From: Utricularia gibba
Lineage: Eukaryota; Plantae; Magnoliophyta
Direction: 5' to 3'
DNA: 64,000 bases
NCBI GenBank assembly: GCA_002189035.1
Contig: CM007990.1
Location: 5,270,001-5,334,000 of the forward strand
Under the pieces are notes generated by a model. That model made no database searches. It saw only the letters and a program-made list of their open reading frames with translations, and was not told the DNA's origin. Shown one piece after another: positions 41,785 through 55,545 of this stretch (positions within the stretch are counted from its first letter, which is position 1; the number at the start of each line of letters is the position of its first letter). Made by a program: the position numbers and the translations under genes.

Positions 41785-44234
41785 TTAGACGGGGCCAAAG
41801 GGCTCTGGCAGGGGTTCAAATCCATTATCAAATACGAGTTCTTGATCGGGCTTGTCATCGATACTGTGAAGCCAGTTTGTGTTCTTGACATCTTCTTTCA
41901 GGAGCATCATGTCATACCTGGAGCTTTCATAAATATCAGGGCAAGTGATCTTTGCCGAGTGTTCATATGTAACCTCCGCAATCCTTCTTTCAGAATGTCG
42001 AACGCCAGGGCTGACCTTCTCTGCAACTGTATCGTTGCTGGCAGCAGAGATGCTGCTACTAGCCGATCCTGACCAAGATTGGTTTTTCTGTCTGCTAGAC
42101 CGAATGCTATGAGGAAATAGCTTGGCAGCTGCAAGCGACATTGGTCCATTGATTCCGTTTCTGATGTCCTGCGGCAGAAAGGGAAGGAGTGAGGATGCAA
42201 TGCAGCCAGCAGCTGTATGAATTAGCATGGAAGCGTTGATGAACACATTCTGATGGGCATAAAAAAAAATGCAGTTGCATCATAATCTTCAATCCATGAG
42301 CTTAATGCATGCAGATAGTAACTGACAATTGGGGGAGTTACCATATGCCTTATTGCCATGTCAAGAGAACTCTTTGAAAGTGTTCTGCCAAAACCTGTGC
42401 TGTCTGAAGATGTCTTTAGAGGCTTTCGAGCTGGAGATTCTCTATGGGAGTCGTCGACTCCCTCGGTTGTTTGTCCCTTGGCATTCGAAGAAATTCCTCC
42501 CTTTGTGGAAATCGGAGAAGGATGTCTCCTTAAAGCACTGATAGTAGCAGAAATAAGACCATTCCTTTCAGCAACAGGAGCTGCGCCAGTCCGGGACCTG
42601 CCAACTGATGAAGGCCGCCTATCCGGTAAGGTCGTACGAGGAGTTTGTGGTGTTTTTTGCGAACAATCAGGCAGAGGGGTAGGTTGTGGCGAAGGCCGGA
42701 CCCGCGCTCCATGGGAACCAGGGCAAGAAACTGGAGTAATACTTCGTCCATTACTCAGACTACGTCCACCATTGGCTGCAGGTCCAGCAGAGACAGAAGA
42801 TGAATAGGTAGTACTGTGACGAGTAGGAGTCGAGGGCCTTGATGCAATTCGGGCGGGAGTGCCATTCGAATTTGTAGAGGTTTGAGACCGGGAAGTGGGA
42901 GTAGAAGGTCTAGAGTGTAAAGATGGTCTTGGCTTATCCACTGAAGAGGAGCTCGCAGCAGGTCTGGGGCTGGAAGGAGGGGTGGATCTGGAAACTGATG
43001 GCCTGGAAGAAGGCGTTGAAGATAAAGAGCGTCTAGCAGGAGTGACTGGCCTAGCATGAGATGAAACGGAAGCAGAACTTGTGTTGAGGATGGCTGTTGA
43101 TTTATTCGAATAGTTGCTATGCCGCGAACTAGATACAGAAGGCCGGGTCAATGAACTGCTACGAGATGGCTTTACTGCGTCAGCGTGCTCCGACCATGAT
43201 GTTGATAGCTGAAAATGGAAGATAAGTGCGTTGAGGGATGGCGTAATTACTAGAACGAGCGACAAGGTTAAGAATTCGGAGAAGTGAATGGCTCGTATAC
43301 CTGTGAGGGCCTGGTTGTAGATGTTGATGTGGCCGAACTGCGGCCCCTTGGACCCAGAGGGGAGACATGAGTTTCGTTTCCATTTGAAGAAGGGGCCATT
43401 GGAGTTCCAGGAGGAGTGAGAAGCCTATGAAATGAAACAAATAATATTTAATTGCCAAAAAGATTCCTTAAGATCACACATGTAAACAAATCCATGGGAT
43501 TTTCTTAAGAAGGTATATTATCAAGCTACAGTTCAGATTATATTCAACAAAGGCAGTAACGATGGGAAGCTAGAAAAAGTAGCCAATACAAAAGAAGATT
43601 GGGAAAGCGCCTGGTAATGCTGCCATTGGAGAACGATAATGATATATGGTATTTGGTACAGATTTGGTCAACTGAACTCACTTCCTCTCTTTTGTGAAGG
43701 AAGTTCCTCAAGCATTAAACATGGTTAAGCACAAAGTAGATCCGACTGAGAATTTACGAAAAATTCAAGAAGATAAGGAAATAATTACCAGTCATAATCA
43801 TGTTTCTCTCCACCAGAAGACAACAAATCCTCCGATCCATTGTGTGCTTGCTTCGCAGATCCAACAGATTGTTTTCCCAACTTCAGTGACGCTGCAAAGA
43901 TTGAAGCACCACGAATCAGGTGAAGTCCAACAAACGCAACGAAAAAAGCTTGAAAAGCCTCGAACAGAGAACAAGAATTATCAAGAAGCGTTTCCATCGG
44001 TCACCAGCCACAATAAATTCCAGGTAAACAAAATCACGCCGACGGAATCCCGAAACGAGTGGCAAAAGTACCATCGGACTCGTCGGTTCTACGGCTTTTC
44101 GAGAAGAGATCCACTTCATCGGCGGCGAAATCCTTCAGATTAAACGCTCCATTATTAGCGCTAAGACCGCGGCGATGGATGAGCAGCATACTACGGCCAT
44201 TGCCGATGAGAGAATCTCTAGAGTTTCGACTCAT
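41785..44234 (-). CDS. Basic proline/serine-rich (BPP-family) microtubule-associated protein
   Basis: DLFSKSRR, KHDYDW|LLTPPGTP, long S/R/P/T repeats (SRPSTPT), GFGRTLSKSSLDMAIRHM and C-terminal YDMMLLKEDVKNTNWLHS...FEPLPEPF. Confidence 0.85.
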
Positions 44235-45751
44235 CCGTGGCCGCGAAAACTACTCGCCGCGACGGAGAGAAACCGGAGAATCCAGGATCACGAAGCGCAG
44301 CACGTAATGCGTGAGAGTCACGAATAGGGAGAAAAGAGAGGGAGCATGGGGAGGGAAACCGAAGGCGCAAGGAAAACGAATGAACACCAGGGAAATATTA
44401 CCGTCTACCAAATCATCACAATTAAACGGCGTCGTCCCGTGTCGGCTCCCACCCGGTCCACCCTAAAATTTTCACCGCGCCATAACCGCTGGTTTGTCAT
44501 TTTCCTTTTTTAAAAAAAACATATTAAAATATAATTAATGATAATTGGCTAAATACCGATGAGATGTAACTAGAATCATCACAAATAATGTAATTAATAA
44601 TAATATTTTTGTTGCGTTGTTGAATGACGACTGCTGCGGCATTGAATGCCCTTGTCTTCGCAATTGATTACCTCATGTCGTCTCCATGTGCTCGCACCAG
44701 ACGGTTGGGCGGTGCAAAGAGCGACCGCTGGATGCCGGAGCTCGCCGTGCGCCTCCTCCATTCACAAATTTTATATTTCACAGATTATTATATACCAAAA
44801 AATTATTCAATTCAGTAGATATTTTGTCGATACCAAAAAAATTGTGTATTAATGACGTCATCAAATTAGTCAATAGCAGTCGTGGTGTCAGACACGTGGG
44901 GATCGATTATTCAGGTTGAGGGGTCTCTCTCCGTTGATGTGAAAGTTGTGTGAATTTCTCCCTCACGACAATTTCGCGTTTTTTTGTTGTATTTTAATTA
45001 TATTTTTCGAAATTTAGCCGCCCGAATTCTAGTATTTTTTTATTTTACTAAAATTTTGTTGATCCTTCTATTAAAAAACTGTGTAATTTTTTGGGGGTAA
45101 AAAAGAATGAACGGGTGCGAAGGTGGGAAGGGGAGATGGGCGCGGGAGGCGGCGAGTCCATCTCGACAACTACGGTCCCCGGTTCATGCCTGCGAGTCGC
45201 ATGAAGACACTCGGACACTCGAAATGGACACTTTGGCAGCATGTTTCTTTCACCCACCCGCGGACCCCAAGAACCGTCTCAGTCCCTCCGAGTTACGCCC
45301 CGTCGCTCGCTTTGGATCGGATCTGACCCGATGGTTCAATACATTTTTCCAAAATGAAATTTATTCGAAATTTACTCGAAATTTCGCTTTTGAATTTTGG
45401 ATCAAATCCAAAAATTCGAATATTAATCGGGCCAGGGTTTAAATTAAAAAAATTATATTCATTTTAGTTAGATAATGTTATTTTAAAGAATTTATTAAAA
45501 GTATATTCTTATAAATCTAGGTGTTGGGTGTCCACTGTCCGCTCAAAAACAACGCGCGTCCGTGTGGCTTCATGGAAGTCTTTCTTAGGCGGTGTTTACT
45601 GGGAAAAAAAATTGAGGTTTTTTTTTGTTTTTAAATTTTAATAAATAAGATTGATGGGGAGGGTACATCCCGTGCCGGATGTTGACTGGGAAACCCTCAA
45701 AATTGTACCAACAGATCAATTTACTGGGGAACGAAAACGAATTCAAAATAA

Positions 45752-45759
45752 TTTCGCGG
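45752..45759 (+). promoter_or_regulatory. E2F consensus site upstream of GCP2
   Basis: TTTCGCGG matches TTTSSCGS, about 150 bp before the ATG of a cell-division gene. Confidence 0.4.
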
Positions 45760-45911
45760 CACTTCACCGGGATCCTGATCCGGGGAAGTTTCTGCAGCCG
45801 TGGAGCAAGGAAGTAGCATTTCACGTAATGAATTCATCTCTTGCGGCTTGTGTTCGTGTTATGGGAGCTATTCGATGTTGCTAGGGCTAAAAGCTCTGCG
45901 AAGGATTTGAA

Positions 45912-48900
45912 ATGGATACTGCTGCTACCAGTCCTCCAACTCCCAAGTGGAATGTTTTTCGCGCTTCCCCTATTGGGAGGTTACGCCAGGTTTGGAGTGA
46001 ACTCTGGAGTACCTGGAGTTTTTTTTTGTTTTTTTCAGAGAGTATCTTGTTGACATTTTGGTCTTTTGAAGCAAACAAAATATGCATCCGGAGTTGCTGA
46101 ATCGCAGGATTTGTCCTATGATGCTTTCGGGTATGTTAGTGATGTTCTTTGTGTGGCTCGGTGTAAGGCATTCCTTCAGGCTCTTTTGGGTTTCTATTAA
46201 TGTCCTTTTAATTTTTGAACAAATGCAGCCCTGGAGTGAACAAGCCAATAGGCTGTTATCCTGTGGCTGTCCAGGTATTACTTTCTTTTAGAAATATTTC
46301 TTTCGGATTTGTGTTAATTCTTCATTTTTGGCTTCTTGTTTGTTTGTTTTTTTTTCTCCCTTTTGTGTATTCGAGAGTTTTTATTGTTTTTTTTGTGCAC
46401 ATTTTACATGTAGGAGTTGATTCTTATCGATGATATCCTATCTGCCATGGTTGGGATAGAAGGAAGATATATTTCAATAGAAAGGGTGCATGGGGGGACT
46501 TATTCTGTGAGTTTCCAAGTTGACGCGTCCATGGATTTAGCTCTTCAGGTAAAAATTCTTATGCATGTTTCAACTTCTCTTCATGAGGGATTTCACTTGT
46601 AAAATTGCTTCCTCTGATTCTAGTAACCGCTTATCTAACAATTTCTTCTATACCAATGCTCTCAGGAATCTGCAAAGCGAATATTTATTCTCTGTGAGAG
46701 CTACATGATAATTAACCAGTTTGCTGAGTCGAAGTCCCAATTCAAAAGCGGTCTTGTAAATCATGCTTTTGCTGCTGCTCTCAGAACGTTAATTCTTGTA
46801 GGTTTTCCTCCTTTTCTCTATGTTTATAATCACTGTTTGTTGGTTCTGGTTAGTTATGCCTTGACATGTCTGGTGTTAATTTCTAAACATCTATGTGTGA
46901 TAACATCTGGTTTTGAAGTTCCTTTTCATGATAATACTCCTTACTCGAAGGATGAAATTTGAATATGCAGCTGAGCTGTTCCCACATATATTTTCAGGAT
47001 TACCTAGCTATGGTGGCTCAGCTCGAACATCAGTTTCGCCTTGGGAAACTGTCTGTTCAAGGGTTATGGTTCTTTTGCCAGGTTAACTTGCCAGTGGCTT
47101 GATATTTGTCAATCTTTTTCAGCGTCTTTCTAATCTTTCTGTAATTTTTTTCTTGTAGCAAGTGGTGAGGCCAATGCAAGCTTTATCCATTGTGATAAAG
47201 AAAGCTTCAGATAGTAAGACTATTGGCTCTGCTGTACTTAATCTCTTGCAAAGCCAGGCATGATGATAAAATCCATTACACTTTGTTGAAAGACTCTAGC
47301 AGATTACATATAGTAGTATCACCAAGAAGCTTACCAAATTCTTTTTATGTCAGGCCAAGGCCATGGCTGGTGACCATATGGTGAGGTCTTTGCTGGAGAA
47401 AATGTCACAATTGGCTAGTCAACCGTACCTTAAAATGCTGGAGAGGTACTATAGTGGTGTTTCATTGTGCACGATATGGCATCATTAGCTTGAAAACCCT
47501 TTTTACTGCATACAAAGATAGCGTGTGTTTGGGATTGTGAACCCTGAAGATATCATCAAGTTTCATATTAAAAATGAGCTTCATTAACTATTAATATTGT
47601 CCGAATTTCAATTAGAATAATATTGGAGCCTTGTGTTTATGAATTTCTAGTTTTACTCTTGCTCTGTAATGTAACTATCAATTCATTGTCTACTAAAGCA
47701 ACAATTCCATGAGAAAGTTGAGGGTACATGCAGAATTTTATTTTACTGCTTGTTTAGGCCATAGAGTAAAACACTATGCTATAGTCTGCAATTTTACTCA
47801 CTGGAGTTCATTTCTTTTACAGGTGGGTATACGAAGGTGTGATCGATGACCCTTATGGTGAATTTTTCATAGCTGAGAATAAGTCTCTTCAAAAGGTAAC
47901 TTATGATTACTATACAAACATAGTGTTCGTGCACTGCTAATTGACATCATGTCAATATTACTAGGAAAGTCTCACTCAAGATTATGATGCAAAGTATTGG
48001 AAACATAGATACAGCCTAAAAGAAGACATTCCTAGTTTCTTAGCTAATGCTGCTGAAACGATTCTAACAACTGGGAAGTATTTGAATGTGATGCGAGAAT
48101 GTGGGTACTGCATTCAGGTCTATTCTATGAAATTCTCTGGTGCTCTTCTCTTTTGTTAATAAATTTTGTAGATGTTGTTGAACGAGTTTTTGTAAATAGG
48201 TACCAGTAACTGAAAATTCAAAGTTAGCAATGGTTGGATTCAATCATCGACCCATTGAGTGTATCAAAACTGCATATGGTTTTGCAAGTGGTGAATTACT
48301 AAATCTCATAAAGGACAAGGTTTGCTTTATATATAGAACATATTTTATTAAGAAAATATTTCGAACATGGCCTCATTAATTTCGTGCAGTATGATTTGAT
48401 GGGAAGACTAAGATCAATCAAGCACTATCTACTCCTTGATCAGGTACGTCATTGCATGGAACTATGCATTGTCATCTGAAACGCAGGATGGTCTCATTCT
48501 CACAATTTGAAGTTATTTCATTAACGTATCTCAAGCTGTAAAACTGGGGCTCTATTTTTAAATTTCAAATTGCAGGGTGATTTTTTAGTTCATTTTATGG
48601 ATATAGCTCGGGAAGAACTGTTGAAAAAGCCAGATGAGATATCTGTTGAGAAGCTTCAGGTGCGCTCATATGTTGGTCGTTTATGAAGCTTCTTTTTATT
48701 GCTATGATTATTTCTTGGTTTCAATGCATCCTATTGGATGCCATGTCCCTTCTTTGTGGTGATTTCTTATGTTAATTTAACATCGTATTAGTCTTTGCTG
48801 GACCTTGCACTTCGATCCACAGCAGCAGTAGCAGACCCATTTCATGAAGATTTGACATGTTGTGTGGTTAGTGCAAAAATTCTTAATTTTGAAGAAGCCT

Positions 48901-50354
48901 TGAGAATTGATTGTATCACATGGTTCAAAAATCCTCACTTCCAGGAAAGGACAACTCTTTCGGAGAGGCTAAGTGCTCTAAAGAAACACTCCGCAAGCCA
49001 AGTTTCAAGCATTCCCGAGCCAGAAAACCCTGTCAACATCACTGGATTGGAGACATTTTCTTTGGGTTTCAAGGTTTGCTCTTGATTTTTCTGGTGCTTC
49101 TCACAAAATAGGACATCTGTAAACGCTGAGAATTATGCTTTGTTTTGTAAATCATGTGAATCTTCTTCAAATGTATTGGTCGATTAGTTATCCCTTCACA
49201 AGTTTGTTTCATTGCAATTGATTAATCAAGCACCTATCTTTTTAGGTCCGCTGGCCAGTATCATTGGTTATCTCACGGAAAGCTTTGACAAAATATCAGT
49301 TAATATTTCAATTTTTGTTCCACTGCAAGCATGTGAATCGGCAACTTTGTGGAGCATGGCAACTACATCAGGTATGGAAACTCAATCTCCCTTTTTTTGT
49401 CTTCTCAAACCCTAGTTTTACAGTTTTTTTCTAAATGTTTTTCTGTAGGGTCTGCGCAGACTAGATATGCAGGGGATAGTGATTTCAGTTTCATCTTTGC
49501 TGTGCCGAAACATGCTCAAATTTATCAGCAGCCTTCTTCACTATCTGACATTTGAGGCATGTCCCCACAACCATTTTCTCTTCCTTCCTAAACAGCCGTT
49601 TTATGTTTTCTCTATTATATGTTTAGGTTCTAGAGCCAAATTGGCACGTGATGCATAGTAGGCTCCAAACTGCTAGGAGTATTGACGAGGTAAGAGGAAT
49701 CACGTCCATTGCACTGCCTCGACTGAACTGCATAAGAACTTAAATTCCTTAATGCCTTGGAATGGCTGTTGCTGCATCCCATTCATTTACTCGTTTTCAA
49801 CGCAGGTGATACAATACCATGACTTTTTCCTCGAGAAGTGTTTGCAGGAGTGCTTGTTTTTTTCTCCTATTCTTTTCAAGGTATTTCTTTCTCCTTTTCA
49901 ATATAGTTTTCTACCCTCTCAATGCTTCCTTCTTTCAATGACATACTTCCCGAATGGCGCAGAAGCTGGAGAAGATGCAGATGATATGCCTTCAGTATGC
50001 CTCTGCAACCCAATGGCTGATCGCGTACTCCACAGACACTCCAAACACCGGGGAGCCCGGCCTCAACAAGTGCACAAAGCTGAAGCAGCGAACTCCTTCC
50101 CAGATGCAGAATGCAGCATCCGAGAACACCTCTGTTGTAAAATCCATCCTGTATGCCCCCCTCTCTCCACCATCCTCCACCATTCTCTGATTCTCTGCTT
50201 TTGCTGACCACATTAACATGAAATTCTCAGGGAGTTCGAGAGGCAGTTCAGTGGCGAGCTTCAAAGCCTCGGACCAATACTAAGCACCAGCTGCCGTGCC
50301 GAGCCGTATCTGACTCATCTGGCTCAGTGCCTCCTCGGCGTTGGCAGGGTCTGA
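45912..50354 (+). CDS. GCP2: Gamma-tubulin complex component 2
   Basis: TPKWN, PIGCY, IDDILSAMVGIEGRYI, WVYEGVIDDPYGEFFI, TGKYLNVMRECG, KHYLLLDQGDFLVHFMD, KYQLIFQFLFHCKHV and EPYLTHLAQ. About 19 exons, two of the introns GC-AG. Confidence 0.96.
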
Positions 50355-50980
50355 ACCGGAACCGGTCCACGAGAGACACACCCGGTCTTGCTTCTAACCT
50401 ATCCACTCCCTTTGTGTCGGTGAATGTTTTTTTTACCGAATATTCTAAATAGAAACCGACTTTCCTATCTCAATAATCTCTTACAGAATATTTTAATATT
50501 ATTTCCCAATAATTTTAAAATAATATTTTGGAAATAAAAACTCAGGGGATTCGGTAATACTTTTTTTGCTTGAAATGTGTAGCCGGTCATAAATGTAATT
50601 TACCGTGAGGCCGACCAAATAATGCAATATCGTAATCAAGGGGTGTCATTATCTTGTCAATTATGATTAATTAGTAATTACACTTTCACATGTAAAAAAG
50701 GCGAAAAGGCCCGGCCCTCTTAATTCTTCTTTATGCTTCAGGTCCCCCCCCCACTACTCGCATGTGACTTCTTGTTTTTCTCCTCCGCTCGTAGGTTTCA
50801 GGTGGCCTGTGGCTGAGCTCCGGCAGTCGCCGCCGCCGTATTTGGTTGATCGTCATTGGCCGGTGGATAGGTTGGATTCGGATTTATTCCGATGAATTAG
50901 CTTTAGAATTCTGTTGCCGATGTTTGGATTGCAGTTACAGGATGAATGATCGGGTTTAATTTATACGGTTTCAGTTTCGT

Positions 50981-52225
50981 ATGGAAGAGATTTCTGGAGA
51001 ATCCGGTGCCGGAACATTGGGTTTTACTTCATCCGCGTGTCCTTTATGCCATGATGTAGATAACGATGGCGAAATTGAGTATAGATGTATTTGTGCTGAC
51101 TGCAAATTTTTGTTGATGGAGGATCTTGATTCAGAAGATTTGATAGCCGCGAGGATGAGGTACAGAAGCTCTGATTCCGTTGAGAGTATGGTTTCTCGAG
51201 ATTTTTCACGAATGGCTGGACAGGCCAGGGGAGTGGTGTTCTCAGATAATGAAAGTGATGGTCTTGATTCTTTGTATGGAGAAAGTGAATCTGATGCTAC
51301 TAGCTTTAGGATATATGGGGCCTTGCCTAGTGAGCCTAGCGATACCAGTTCTCTTAGCACCAATGGAGGTGACTCTGATGCCTTGGTTGATGCCCGGAAT
51401 TCTGAAAACTTTTTCGGTTCAAGTGATGAAGGTGATATAGAGGAGAGTGATACTGATATCGATCCAATGAATGTTGGTCCTGTTTTGTGGAATTCGGATG
51501 ATGAATTTGGAGGAGCTGAAGATGAAAGTCATTGGGAGGATGTTGACATGGAAGCCAACCTCATTCAGCCTTCAAGATCCAGATCACATCTTCATTTGCC
51601 ATCTAGTTTTGATGCTAGGAACATCCACATGAATTTGGGAAGACAAGCCTCGGCACGGAGCACTTTTCAATTGCGAATTCTGGACAGTTTCTTTTACACA
51701 GAGGGTATGATTCATCCCGATGTCAGAGGATTTGGGCAAAGATCAAGCAAAGGAGCAGCTGCTTCTGCATCTTTCGTTAGTAGTTTACCACAAACAGTGA
51801 TCGATGAAGATAATCAGGAAAGTACTGCATGCGCAATATGCAAGGATCCCTTTGCAGTTGGTGCACATGTGAAACAGCTTCCTTGTCATCACATCTATCA
51901 CTCTTGTTGCATCTTGCCATGGTTAAGTTGTCGAAACACTTGCCCACTTTGCCGTCATGAGCTTCCGACCGAGCAAGAATTCTTGACATCTGCTGTAACA
52001 TACATTGCTGCTGAACCAAGCTCAGCGATTAACAGAGCTTCATCAATTCAGAGACCCCCTGCATACAGCTGCAGAAACAGAATGTTGTTCATTGCTGCTC
52101 CTGTAATTGGCTTGCTTGGGATTTCACTCATGTTATGGTTAGGAGGGGTGAATCCTCTTCCCAGGAGAAGATGCCGAATCAGAAATCTTTCCAGCAGCCG
52201 TCAGCTTTGGTGGCCATCTTTCTAG
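50981..52225 (+). CDS. RING-H2 E3 ubiquitin ligase with an acidic low-complexity region and a C-terminal TM helix
   Basis: Intronless 414 aa. N-terminal CPLC..CADC, KGAAASAS..SLP, CAICKD...LPCHHIYHSCCILPWL...TCPLCR and hydrophobic MLFIAAPVIGLLGISLMLWLGG. Confidence 0.92.
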   Translation: MEEISGESGAGTLGFTSSACPLCHDVDNDGEIEYRCICADCKFLLMEDLDSEDLIAARMRYRSSDSVESMVSRDFSRMAGQARGVVFSDNESDGLDSLYGESESDATSFRIYGALPSEPSDTSSLSTNGGDSDALVDARNSENFFGSSDEGDIEESDTDIDPMNVGPVLWNSDDEFGGAEDESHWEDVDMEANLIQPSRSRSHLHLPSSFDARNIHMNLGRQASARSTFQLRILDSFFYTEGMIHPDVRGFGQRSSKGAAASASFVSSLPQTVIDEDNQESTACAICKDPFAVGAHVKQLPCHHIYHSCCILPWLSCRNTCPLCRHELPTEQEFLTSAVTYIAAEPSSAINRASSIQRPPAYSCRNRMLFIAAPVIGLLGISLMLWLGGVNPLPRRRCRIRNLSSSRQLWWPSF

Positions 52226-52625
52226 CTAACAGTCTCATTGATGGTTCAGTAACGGCCAGGAGGACATTGTTTTGCAAAGAAACCAGTTTTAGTCAAATCG
52301 ATCGAACAGGATAAGGGTGTGGGTCAGTGAGTGAGTGAGCGGTGGTCTTCCCTCTAACATGTTTACGGTGTTCATTTCGTGATGGTACAGCAGTCATCAG
52401 CTCCCCGGTTGGTAGCGATTGGGTTGCAAGGGAGTTAACTGGTTTCAGCCGGATTGAAGGTGTGATTTGGTGGTGGTGTGTTATTATTCCTAGAAAGAAA
52501 ATTCATTTATCTAACGCATTTCTTATGTTTGTTAAAAGATAGTACTGCGTTGTATTGGTCATGCTTGATGCAGCTTGAAGTGTATGGATTTCACAAAAAT
52601 GCCGAGGAGTAACAAGCCCAGTTAG

Positions 52626-53993
52626 TTACATACACAAAACGGAAGCACGCTTTGCAGACTCAAGCGTGTTGTGAAGCAGCATAGCAACCGTCATGGGTCC
52701 AACTCCACCGGGCACAGGCGTTATAGCAGAGGCTACACTTCTCGCTTCCTCGAAGCAGACGTCTCCGATCAGACGGTAGCCATGCTCGCTTGCCGGATCC
52801 TGAAAAGCAAGACTCAGATAGTTTACTACAACAGTAAAAGCTGTGGTTCCTCTACTGGCAAAAGAACACGGGCGGTACCTCAATGGGATTGGTTCCCACA
52901 TCAACCACAACTGCACCAGGCTTCAGCCAACTCCCACGCACAAGATTCGGCACTCCGGCGGCCACAATCAGGATGTCCGCTTCACGAGCAACATCCTCGG
53001 GGTTACTTGTGAACGGATGAAGGATAGTCACAGTAGCATGGTGCCTCTGAAAAAGATGGGATGATGGCTGATTGATAGCAGACTTGGCTGAAGAAAAGAA
53101 AAAGAAAGGGATGTTACTTGCAGCAGTAAGGACATAGGTAAGCCGACGATGTTGCTCCGGCCGATCACCACAGCATTCTTTCCGGTGACATCAATACCAG
53201 ACTGAAGAAGCAGCTCCATGCACCCCTTTGGTGTACATGGAATGAAAAGTGGCTCTGCTCCTTGCATCGCCAGATTTCCGATGTTCATAGGATGGAAGCC
53301 ATCAACATCCTTCTCCAGTCTCACAACGTTGAGAACTTCCGCTACGTCCAAATGCTGTTGAGGTTAGACGTCGTGCATTTTAAGACCAAGTCCTACAAAA
53401 CCTGCTGCTTCTTTCGTCGTTCAAGAAGCAGAAAGATCACCTGAGGCAAGGGGAGCTGCACGATGATGCCGTGTATCGATCGATCCTCGTTGAATCTGTG
53501 TATCACGTCACGGATTTCGGATTCAGTGCACTTCTCTGAAAGGGCGGAGATCTCGAACTTGATTCCGGCTTCTCTGCATGCGATCTCCTTATTCCGGACA
53601 TACGTTTGCGAGTCTCTTCGTTCTCCCACTACCACAACAGCCAAACCAGGAACAAGACTAATGGATTCCTTCATCTGGCTCACCTCAAATGCTATCCTAG
53701 ACCTTATCGTCAGCGCCACCGCACTCCCGTCAAGGACTCTACCACGACTGCTGTTCTTCGCTGTCACAAGACAATCAAAACACCAGCAACCACCGGAAAA
53801 AATCGAAGCGAAACACGGAACACTTACACCAATCTTGAGTTGAGCGGTTATCAGAATCAGACAGCCAATCATCGGCAACATCGAGAGATAGAAGGGACGG
53901 CGACTTGATGATTTGGCTACTGAAAGCACGCGGCAGAATCGAACGACTCATGGGGCGGAGAAAACCGGCAACGCGCCTTATGCCGCCCCTCAT
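52626..53993 (-). CDS. FOLD1: Bifunctional methylene-THF dehydrogenase/cyclohydrolase FolD 1, mitochondrial
   Basis: Arg-rich presequence, [62 protein letters not shown] and [16 protein letters not shown]. Five exons. Confidence 0.93.
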
Positions 53994-54398
53994 CCTTTCG
54001 CGCTTTCCCTTGCTTCTTCTTCTTCTTCCGAACGCCTGCTACGGGAAATCGTATAAGGGTTTTCGGTCCAAACAATCGACGAACTCGTGTTATTCCAGAT
54101 AGATCTCCAGTCAACAGAGTGCCGTACAAACTTCAAAGCTTGATTCCCTTAACTATAGCATTCGAAATTCCACGTCATAATTTGCATTTATTTATTATCC
54201 GCTCCTTTGTTCTCGAAATATCTATTTGAAAAATTACTTGTAAAAACGATTAATGATTTTTTTATTCATGTGAAATATTGTGCCACCTTTGAAATCGTTC
54301 AAAACTTAAGCAGCTGATTTCAGCGTCCTCGTTATTGTCGGGGTTCTCCAACTCACACTGAGAATCTCGAGTTCTCCTTGGAATCTTAATGGCGGGAG

Positions 54399-55545
54399 TT
54401 ACTGGGGAAGCACCGCCGTGCATTCGATTTCAATCCTGGCGTCCAGTGGCAGCGCAGCCACCTGAAAGGTGGAGCGAGCCGGTGCCGGTGCTGGGAAGTC
54501 TGCAAAACAAAACGCAGCACAGGGTTGGACCTCTCTTCCACAGTCAATCAGTGGGTGATGTGGTGGATGGTTCCAGGAAACTTACACTTGGCATATATCT
54601 CATTCACTTTCTTGAAGTCCTTGAGATCAGCCAACCTGCACAGGAACGAAAGCATGGATTGGTTGCAATTTCCATGGGTGTCACAGAGAATTGTGAAAGC
54701 CTAAAAAACACACATGATTGTTGTCTTGACAACTGAGGAATAGTTGGCACCGCCTGCTTCAAGGATCCTTCCCATGTTCTTGAGTACCTAGCGCCAGTCA
54801 CCAGAAGATGCGATGACGAAATCAAGCCACCACAAGAGCGTAGAAGGGATAAAAGGATGATACTAGCACTCAACCAATGGCAGACTAACAAGCACTACAA
54901 GCAACTAGAATAGGAGGACTTGCTTCATAATATGAGCAACATGAGCGTCTTGCTTCATAAGATTCATTCAAAATTACCCTTTAGCAGAGATTCCAAGAAG
55001 AAGAAGAAACCTAGCGAGTATATATACCTGTTCGGTTTGTTCCTCCACAGTTTCTGAGACGAATTTCCCTGTCTGCATATGGTGAATAGAATACATGTAG
55101 GTATTACTTATCTCGCCCCTGTTTACAATGATATAAAACAGCAGCATTCCAAGGATCACGAACCTCTGGGACGAGCCCAAGAACTCCGGAAACAAAGAGA
55201 AGATTGTTGGCTTTGATGGCTTGCGAATAAGGCCCCAGTGCCAACGGGGCTTTGTCCGTCTGAACAGCTTCCTTCACAACTAAATCCAATAGTAACAAAA
55301 TCAATCAAATCTCGAAGGGAAATAGCATCAAAATGAAGCACAACACATCAGTATATCTGACCCATGTTCGGGATTGTGGAAATGCCACAAGACGCAAACG
55401 CCGGAGATCGACCTGACCGGAGTAGGTTACTCCCAACGAGGGAGACACACCCTTTACCCACATAAAAAGCCCCCACACTCCGAATCTTTCCGGCGTCAAC
55501 TGCCGGCAGCCGCATGCTCGTCGCGGCGGCTACCCAACTTGCCAT
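54399..55545 (-). CDS. RIDA: Reactive intermediate deaminase A (RidA/YjgF), chloroplastic
   Basis: Transit peptide, APLALGPYSQAIKANNLLFVSGVLGL, VVKTTIM, FKKVNEIYAK and FPAPAPARSTFQVAALPLDARIEIEC. TATA box at about 55581. Confidence 0.94.

Noticed and set aside
42358-43057. Plus-strand and alternate ORFs within the BPP gene
   Set aside because: They are by-products of low-complexity Ser/Pro/Arg coding.
45050-45440. GC-rich block with short gacactcg repeats as a CRISPR-like array or TE
   Set aside because: The repeats are 8 bp and irregular, with no spacers or terminal repeats, and the context is eukaryotic.
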